Of a stretch of DNA of 64,000 nt, positions 57,540 to 64,000 are shown in pieces. The notes below the pieces were generated by a model, which was not told where the DNA came from, searched no databases, and was given only the letters and a program-made list of their open reading frames with translations. Numbering within the stretch: the first letter of the stretch is position 1; each line of letters starts with the position of its first letter. The stretch lies in the NCBI GenBank assembly GCA_016938065.1, contig JAFGVI010000139.1:4747-68746 (forward strand), in the 5' to 3' direction. The position numbers and the translations under genes are program-made. Origin of the DNA: Deltaproteobacteria bacterium. GTDB taxonomy: Bacteria; Desulfobacterota; Anaeroferrophillalia; Anaeroferrophillales; Tharpellaceae.

Positions 57540-58676
57540 TCAGGTTCGAAGAATAAAGCCTGCCAAAAGTCGAGCCCCGAACCAGGCCCCGGGCAGCAAA
57601 CCAGCCAAAAAAAAGAAACTCTGCAGAGCCAGAATCGGCAGACCGCCTAGCAGATGCCAAACGTTGCAGCCTGGGGCCATACGCGAAGCCAGCCCCATTA
57701 TAATACCTCCGACCAGAACACTGCCGTATTGACGTAACGGCAGACGCCAGCGCAAGCTAAACTCTCCCAGCCTAATGGCGGAAAAGAGTGAACCAAGAAT
57801 AATGCCGACAATCACTGGTCCCTGAATATAAGCTATCGCATCAAGCCCCGGAGCACCGCCACCCACGAGCTGCAGATCGAAGCGGCTCAGCCTTACATTC
57901 AAAGGCTGACCCTGAAAATAAACCAGAGCGGCAAAATGCTGAGGCCAGAGAAAACGCTCGAAAAAACCTGCAATTTTGGCGTAAGTGGTCGTAATCTCCA
58001 TCGGCATGCCGACAATACAGTAACTGCATAAATTTATCAACGCTAACCCTGTCGCGGCGCGCCATGGTTGCAGATAGCCGTCGGCATAAGCCTGGCGCAG
58101 CCAGAGACCCCGCTGATGCCATTTCCAGAAAAAAAACATACTGACGATTACGGTCGGCAGAACAATAACATACGGATCACACCCGATCAGCTGCGGCAAG
58201 GTAACGATTCCCGGGAAAAGAGCTGTATTTCTGGCAAAAACTGACCATGAGGGATGTATCTCAGCATAAAGTCCACTGCCGATTATAAGTCCGGAAAATG
58301 CGGTTAAACTCAAGAGGCTGCCGGCTCCCATTTTATAAAGGGTGCCGACGACGCAACCGCCAGCCAGAACCATGCCCAGACCGAAAAGAAAACCACCGAT
58401 TATATTAGAAAAAGATAGTGAGCCCAGCAGGGGGAAAGGATAAAAAGGGAGCAGATTCAGGAAACGTGCACCCTCGAACAGAACCATGGCAGAAACAATC
58501 AACAGCATCAGGGTTCTGAGCATAAAGGTTGCGCGAAAAAGAAAAAGATCACGAAACATGCCGGCCATGCAGTAGTCCGATCGGTGCATGATAAAACCAG
58601 CACTGAAACCGATAATCAGGCAAGTTCCAGCTAAAAAAATGACCTCGTAAGGCATAGCATTACCGAATATGATCAT
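57540..58676 (-). CDS. YeeE/YedE family inner-membrane transporter (thiosulfate/sulfur- or selenium-compound uptake)
   Basis: 378 aa polytopic protein. Two repeated halves each contain Cys in a G-x-C motif (SDYCMAGMF, AGGCVVGTLYK, APGCNVWHLLGG), typical of the family. Confidence 0.8.
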   Translation of the reverse strand: MIIFGNAMPYEVIFLAGTCLIIGFSAGFIMHRSDYCMAGMFRDLFLFRATFMLRTLMLLIVSAMVLFEGARFLNLLPFYPFPLLGSLSFSNIIGGFLFGLGMVLAGGCVVGTLYKMGAGSLLSLTAFSGLIIGSGLYAEIHPSWSVFARNTALFPGIVTLPQLIGCDPYVIVLPTVIVSMFFFWKWHQRGLWLRQAYADGYLQPWRAATGLALINLCSYCIVGMPMEITTTYAKIAGFFERFLWPQHFAALVYFQGQPLNVRLSRFDLQLVGGGAPGLDAIAYIQGPVIVGIILGSLFSAIRLGEFSLRWRLPLRQYGSVLVGGIIMGLASRMAPGCNVWHLLGGLPILALQSFFFLAGLLPGAWFGARLLAGFILRT

Positions 58677-58767
58677 CAGAATCTAATTATTTTTTTTTAC
58701 GTAAGTGTACCTACAGGACATAACTTTACGCTGTCAAGAATAATTTATGGGAAAAAGCCGTACAAAC

Positions 58768-58794
58768 AAAAAAAGGCATGGATAAACCATACCT
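58768..58794 (-). terminator. Rho-independent terminator after nuoN
   Basis: On the minus strand, stem AGGTATGG/CCATGCCT (8 bp, one G-U) with loop TTTAT, followed by T7. Confidence 0.6.
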
Positions 58795-58823
58795 TTTTCG
58801 TTGAACAAAGAGTAACTTTTCGT

Positions 58824-60296
58824 CTACATTATCATTTTTACTGACTCTCGTGCCAGATTCCAGATATAGGAAGGGAACATCCCCATCTGCAAAACTCCGA
58901 AAGCAGCGAGCGATAACGCGGCAATCATGGTGCCGGCCGGCGCTATAATCTCGATTTCCCGTTCCGGTTCCCTAAAATACATCCTGACAATAATACCAAG
59001 ATAGTAATAAAGGGAGATTACGCTGTTGATCACACCGAAAATTGCCAGCCAGATATAGCCGGATTTGATCGCCTCGGAAAAAATAAAGAATTTCCCCATG
59101 AATCCGGCGGCCGGGGGAATCCCAGCCATCGAAAAGAGGAAAATTGTCATCATCAGACCAAGAAAGGGGAATTTGAAACCGATGCCGGAAAAATCGACCA
59201 GTTCAGTGTACTCCTGGTCGCGGCTGCCCATGGCCGAGATAACCGCAAAAGCTCCGATATTGGCAAAAGCATAACCAAGCAGGTAAAAAAGTATACCAGA
59301 GCGGGCTAACTCACTACCGACTACAAAGGCCACAAGAATATAACCAGCATGCGCAATACTAGAATAAGCCAGCATCCGCTTGATGTTGGTTTGCGAAATT
59401 GCAACAAGATTACCAATGGACATAGTCAGCAGCGCCCCTACCCACATTATCGTGGTCCAGTCAGCCTGAAGCGGAGCGAAGCCGACAAAGAAAACTCGTA
59501 CCAGCGCAGCAAATGCAGCGGCCTTAACGCCGGTAGCCATAAAACCGGTAACCACGGTCGGTGCCCCTTCATAAACATCAGGGGTCCACATATGAAAAGG
59601 AAACATGGCAACTTTAAATCCGAAACCAACCGTCATCAGGGCTATTCCACCCATAACCATGGGATTATGCAGGGTTTCTGGATGTGTAGTAAAAAATTTG
59701 CCGAGTTTGACCAGATCAAGGGTTCCACTGGCACCGTAAACTAGAGCAAAACCGAAAAGTAAAAAGCCGGAAGCGAAAGCTCCCAGTAGAAAATACTTAA
59801 GAGCGGATTCTATAGATTTAAGATTGTCGCGTTTAAAACCAGCCAGAACATAGATGGAGATCGACATCGTTTCCAAGGCTACAAAAACCATGATCAGATT
59901 TCCGGCATTGCCCATAAAGGACATGCCGAAGGCCGCAAAAAGAAGCAGACAGTAAAACTCGCCTGACTTGATCTCAGGACTGACCCGCTCGTAATTCATC
60001 GCCGCCAGAATGGACAGGAATGCGACACAACAGACAATTAAGGTGATAAAAAAACCAAAGCCATCCGCCATCAACATACCGGCGTAGGCCGATTCAAAAC
60101 TTCCACGAGTCAAAAGGAGAGCGATCAGGGCAGCTGCTACCCCGACCAGAGACAGGGCTCCCAGCGACGTTTTGCCCTCTTTCCCGGCAAAGACATCGAC
60201 TAACAGTACGGTCAACGCCGTTATTGCCAGCAGAACCTGGGGCAGTATCGCCTTAAGATTGAGTGCCGGGACAACAAAATCCAGCATTTCCATCAC
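58824..60296 (-). CDS. nuoN: NADH-quinone oxidoreductase subunit N
   Basis: 490 aa polytopic antiporter-like subunit. Last gene of the nuoL-M-N order. Confidence 0.9.
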   Translation of the reverse strand: MMEMLDFVVPALNLKAILPQVLLAITALTVLLVDVFAGKEGKTSLGALSLVGVAAALIALLLTRGSFESAYAGMLMADGFGFFITLIVCCVAFLSILAAMNYERVSPEIKSGEFYCLLLFAAFGMSFMGNAGNLIMVFVALETMSISIYVLAGFKRDNLKSIESALKYFLLGAFASGFLLFGFALVYGASGTLDLVKLGKFFTTHPETLHNPMVMGGIALMTVGFGFKVAMFPFHMWTPDVYEGAPTVVTGFMATGVKAAAFAALVRVFFVGFAPLQADWTTIMWVGALLTMSIGNLVAISQTNIKRMLAYSSIAHAGYILVAFVVGSELARSGILFYLLGYAFANIGAFAVISAMGSRDQEYTELVDFSGIGFKFPFLGLMMTIFLFSMAGIPPAAGFMGKFFIFSEAIKSGYIWLAIFGVINSVISLYYYLGIIVRMYFREPEREIEIIAPAGTMIAALSLAAFGVLQMGMFPSYIWNLARESVKMIM

Positions 60297-60357
60297 TCTC
60301 CTCCAAAATTATGTATAAAATAAATGATTAATTGGTTTGTGGTAATGCAAGTAAAAC

Positions 60358-61944
60358 TTAGTCAACAAAGGTGCTTTTTAAATTATTTTTCTCCAGCACA
60401 CCCGCCAGTCGGGGGGTGCCGGAATCATACTGTCCATGCTCATACATGGCAACCTGCTGCTGATAGGTTTTCAGAAAATGCTCACAGGACGCATCCATTT
60501 TCCGCAGGAAATAACCAGGAAAAAAGCCCATCACAAAAACCAGAAGCGCCAGCGGTAAAAGAGTCAGTATCTCGCGGGAGTTAAGATCCTTCAAAACCTT
60601 GTTTTCCTCTTTGTCGAGAGGCTGAAACATTACCCGCTGATACATCCACAGCATATAAAGGGCGCCGAGAATTGCCCCTGAAGTTGCGAAAACAGTATGC
60701 ACCGGCAGGGTTCTGAAGGCACCGACCAGAATCATGAATTCGCCGACAAAACCGTTGGTACCAGGCACGGCAATCGAAGACAGGGTCGCAATCATGAAAA
60801 ATGTGGCAAAAACCGGCATGACCTTGGCAATACCGCCAAAATCCTTGATCATGCGAGTATGACGACGCTCGTAAAGCATGCCGACTATAAGGAAGAGCGC
60901 TCCGGTGCTGATGCCGTGATTGAGCATCTGATAGAGACCGCCCTGCACTCCCTGCATGTTGAAAGCAAAGATACCGAGCATCACATAGCCTAAGTGACTG
61001 ACGCTGGAATAGGCGACCAGTTTTTTCATATCTGGCTGAATCAGCGCCACCAGAGCACCATAAATTATACCGATGACTGCGAGGGTCGCGATTACCGGCG
61101 TAAATTTATGACTGGCATAGGGAAACAGCGGAATGGCAAAGCGCATAAAACCATACGTACCCATTTTCAGAAGAACTCCGGCCAGAATTACACTGCCCGC
61201 GGTCGGCGCCTGCACATGGGCATCAGGCAGCCAGGTATGCAGAGGAAACATCGGTACCTTGATCGCAAAGGAGACGAAAAAAGCTAGACAGAGCCAGAAT
61301 TGAGTCGATACCGGAATATTAAGTTTATAAAGTTCAAGCAGGTCGAACGTGAAAATACCAGTCGTTTTATAGTTGAGGTAATAGAGAAAAAAGATTGACA
61401 ACAGCATGAAAACCGAGCCGGCCGCAGTGTAGATGAAAAACTTGACGGCGGCATAGATTTTATTATCACCACCCCAGACACCGATAAGAAAATACATCGG
61501 TATCAGCATCAGCTCCCAAAAAACATAAAAGAGAATAAGATCAAGCGAGACCAGTGCGCCCAGCATTGCGGTTTCAAGCAGCAGCAGGCAGATCATAAAC
61601 TCCTTGACCTTTTTCTGAATATAGGTCCAGGAACAGAGTACGCAGATCGGGGTCAAAAAAGTCGTCAGCATGATGATCCAGAGGCTGATTCCGTCGAGAC
61701 CGACATAATAACTTAAACCGGCACTCTTGACCCAGGCGTGCCGCTCGACAAACTGCATGGCCGCCGTACCGTTCTGAAAACTGAAGAGAAGCGGCAGCGA
61801 AATAAAGAACTCAATCATGGCAAAAACCATGGCCGTGCCTCGAATGGTATCTTTCGCTTCCTTATCGATAAACATCAGGATCAGGACCCCGAAGATCGGA
61901 AAGAAGGTCACAAGGCTGATCATTGGAAAACCGAGCTCATTCAT
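60358..61944 (-). CDS. nuoM: NADH-quinone oxidoreductase subunit M
   Basis: 528 aa antiporter-like subunit. WLPDAHVQAPTAGSVILAG is typical of NuoM/ND4. Confidence 0.93.
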   Translation of the reverse strand: MNELGFPMISLVTFFPIFGVLILMFIDKEAKDTIRGTAMVFAMIEFFISLPLLFSFQNGTAAMQFVERHAWVKSAGLSYYVGLDGISLWIIMLTTFLTPICVLCSWTYIQKKVKEFMICLLLLETAMLGALVSLDLILFYVFWELMLIPMYFLIGVWGGDNKIYAAVKFFIYTAAGSVFMLLSIFFLYYLNYKTTGIFTFDLLELYKLNIPVSTQFWLCLAFFVSFAIKVPMFPLHTWLPDAHVQAPTAGSVILAGVLLKMGTYGFMRFAIPLFPYASHKFTPVIATLAVIGIIYGALVALIQPDMKKLVAYSSVSHLGYVMLGIFAFNMQGVQGGLYQMLNHGISTGALFLIVGMLYERRHTRMIKDFGGIAKVMPVFATFFMIATLSSIAVPGTNGFVGEFMILVGAFRTLPVHTVFATSGAILGALYMLWMYQRVMFQPLDKEENKVLKDLNSREILTLLPLALLVFVMGFFPGYFLRKMDASCEHFLKTYQQQVAMYEHGQYDSGTPRLAGVLEKNNLKSTFVD

Positions 61945-62025
61945 CTATCGTTCTCCCTGCAGTTATTGAAGTCTGGGACTTTTATCTAATAATTTGAGAT
62001 GTTAAATTTGCCAGTCTGCAGTATT

Positions 62026-64000
62026 CTAGAGCGCTTTCAGAAAAAAGTAGCCCAAGAGAATAACTGTACCAAAAACAATCGACACTGCATAGCTCTGCAC
62101 ATAGCCGGACTGCATGTAGCGGATTGCTGAACTTACCCAGCCGACTATCCGGGCCACGCCGTTGACAATGGCATCCACTACTCCGACATCAATTCCTTGC
62201 CAAAGAAAGTAACTGAAACCGCGCAATGGCGAAATAATCACGATGTCATAAAGTTCATCGACATACCATTTATTAAGCAGCAGTCGGTGCATGAAGGGAT
62301 ACTTCTCGGCCAGAGCCACCGGAATCTCGCGCTTTTTAATATAGAGCATGTAGGCAATAAAGATGCCGCAACTGGCAATGGCCACCGAAACCGCCATCAG
62401 CAGATACTCGAGCCACAGGGGCGGATGAGCCGCTCCGTGATGTCCACCTTCGGCCCCATGGGCGGCGGCGGTGTGCATCGCATGCGCAGCATAGTGGGCC
62501 GCCTCGTGCGCCCCTTGCGTCACCAGCGTAGTTGCGTCGTGCAGAAGCTTACCGTCGCCAAGACCGATAACCGGTTCAAGAAAATTATGGAACAGATTGC
62601 TGCCGCCCAAAGCATGGGGTACTCCGAGATAACCCCCGACGGCTGCCAGAAAAGCAAGGATAATCAGAGGAACCGTCATGGTCTTGGGTGATTCGTGAAT
62701 ATGATCAGCGGCATCCCCGGCCCGGCATTCATTGAAGAAGGTCATAAAGAGCAGACGGAACATATAAAAAGCGGTCATACCCGCAGCTATCGCACCAATC
62801 AACCAGAGCAGCCAGTGTCCCTGCGGACTGCTGAAAGCCTGCCAGAGAATTTCATCCTTACTGAAGAAACCAGAGAACCCGGGAATACCGGCAATCGCTA
62901 GACAACCGACTAAAAATGTCCAGAAAGTGATCGGGGTCTTGCTCTTTAAACCACCCATATTGCGCATATCCTGAGCGTCATCATGGGAGTGTACCTTGTG
63001 ATAGGCGTGATGCATCGAGTGAATAACCGCACCCGAGCCCAGAAACATCAGTGCTTTAAAGAAGGCATGGGTTAAAACATGGAACATACCCGCGGTAAAG
63101 GCACCGACTCCCAGCCCTAAGAACATATAGCCGAGCTGGCTGACGGTTGAATAGGCCAGAACTTTCTTGATATCGTTCTGCACCAGGCCGATTGAAGCGG
63201 CAAACAGGGCCGTCAAAGCGCCGACCGTAGCCACCACCCCCATCGCAAACGGGGACATCGAAAAAAGAACATTCGATCGGGAGATCATGTAGACACCAGA
63301 AGTAACCATGGTCGCGGCATGAATCAGGGCACTGACCGGGGTCGGACCGGCCATGGCGTCGGGCAGCCAGACATACAGTGGAATCTGAGCTGATTTAGCG
63401 GTACAGCCGATAAAAAAGAGAAGACAGATGGCTGTCGCCTGGTTGGTTGTGAGGAAATGGACATTACTGAAAACCTGATCAAACTGCAGGCTCCAGACCC
63501 CATGTTCGCCAAGTCCGGTAAAAAGAAGAAACATGCCGATAAGAAAAGCAAAGTCACCCACGCGGTTCGTAATAAAGGCCTTTTTCCCGGCAATCGCATT
63601 AGCTTCTACATCAAACCAGAAGCCGATCAACAGGTATGAACAGAGTCCCACCCCTTCCCAGCCTAAGAACATCAGCAGATAATTGTTGGCCAGGATCAGG
63701 TTGATCATGGAAAACATGAACAGGTTGAGATAGACAAAGAAACGATAGTAACGCCCCGGATCGCCATCCATATATCCGATAGAGTAGACATGAATCAGAA
63801 AACCGATGCCGATAACAAACATGGCCATCATCATGGAGAGAGGATCGATCAGATAAGCAATATTGGTTTTCAGGATACCGCTGTTAATCCAGGGCAGACA
63901 GGTCACCTGATGAATCCTTTCCGTGGCCGGTAGAGCCTGCAGTTGAAAAAAGATAATACAGGTGACAATAAAGGAGAGAGCAATCATCCCGCAGGCAATC
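62026..64000 (-). CDS. nuoL: NADH-quinone oxidoreductase subunit L (5' end probably beyond the window)
   Basis: More than 653 aa. WLPDAMAGPTPVSALIHAATMVTSGVYM is typical of NuoL/ND5. The frame stays open to position 64000, and the N-terminus looks short relative to E. coli NuoL. Confidence 0.92.
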   Translation of the reverse strand, partial: IACGMIALSFIVTCIIFFQLQALPATERIHQVTCLPWINSGILKTNIAYLIDPLSMMMAMFVIGIGFLIHVYSIGYMDGDPGRYYRFFVYLNLFMFSMINLILANNYLLMFLGWEGVGLCSYLLIGFWFDVEANAIAGKKAFITNRVGDFAFLIGMFLLFTGLGEHGVWSLQFDQVFSNVHFLTTNQATAICLLFFIGCTAKSAQIPLYVWLPDAMAGPTPVSALIHAATMVTSGVYMISRSNVLFSMSPFAMGVVATVGALTALFAASIGLVQNDIKKVLAYSTVSQLGYMFLGLGVGAFTAGMFHVLTHAFFKALMFLGSGAVIHSMHHAYHKVHSHDDAQDMRNMGGLKSKTPITFWTFLVGCLAIAGIPGFSGFFSKDEILWQAFSSPQGHWLLWLIGAIAAGMTAFYMFRLLFMTFFNECRAGDAADHIHESPKTMTVPLIILAFLAAVGGYLGVPHALGGSNLFHNFLEPVIGLGDGKLLHDATTLVTQGAHEAAHYAAHAMHTAAAHGAEGGHHGAAHPPLWLEYLLMAVSVAIASCGIFIAYMLYIKKREIPVALAEKYPFMHRLLLNKWYVDELYDIVIISPLRGFSYFLWQGIDVGVVDAIVNGVARIVGWVSSAIRYMQSGYVQSYAVSIVFGTVILLGYFFLKAL

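Noticed and set aside
1-64000. A search by eye for CRISPR arrays, tRNA/rRNA genes, transposases, integrases, toxin-antitoxin pairs and recognisable defence systems.
   Set aside because: I found no regularly spaced repeat arrays, no cloverleaf-like sequences in the intergenic regions, and no ORFs with the corresponding motifs. All long ORFs are accounted for by housekeeping, transport or signalling functions.

Overview
The window is a 64-kb stretch of mostly core chromosome. From gene content and order I infer a Desulfuromonadales/Geobacter-like deltaproteobacterium: dnaG-rpoD, rpmF-plsX-fabD-fabG-acpP-fabF-rpiB/glyA-nrdR-ribD, lipid A/LPS-core genes, multihaem cytochromes, sigma-54 regulators, many PAS/Cache/HDOD kinases and nuoLMN. 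I call about 48 protein genes. I saw no rRNA, tRNA, CRISPR array, transposase, integrase or phage genes. Coding is dense, with frequent ATGA start/stop overlaps. Long antisense ORFs in the track are artefacts of the GC-rich sequence.

Observations most worth a second look:
1. An orphan ParA/MinD-type ATPase is translationally coupled to an unrecognisable membrane-anchored coiled-coil protein. That protein has a Lys/Arg-rich N-terminal tail and three C-terminal AP-x-PFW motifs (33685..35573). It lies divergent to a sigma-54 activator and a haem-c sensor kinase. This is my best candidate for an undescribed positioning system.
2. A two-gene MtrA/MtrB-type porin-cytochrome conduit (5978..9356). 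Its barrel gene carries an in-frame TGA 141 codons before a canonical C-terminal beta-signal, plus a CXXCH motif. The decahaem partner has a lipobox.
3. A YeeE/YedE-TusA/YedF sulfur/selenium carrier pair translationally coupled to a cytoplasmic Cys-rich PAS histidine kinase. A giant triple-Cache hybrid kinase, a REC-GGDEF protein and PtsP follow on the same strand.
4. A roughly 140-bp structured noncoding element present twice, each time upstream of a sensor kinase gene.
5. An in-frame RpiB-SHMT fusion whose SHMT part has an altered QPHSGSQAN motif.

All functional calls rest on motif recognition by eye. No database search was possible.
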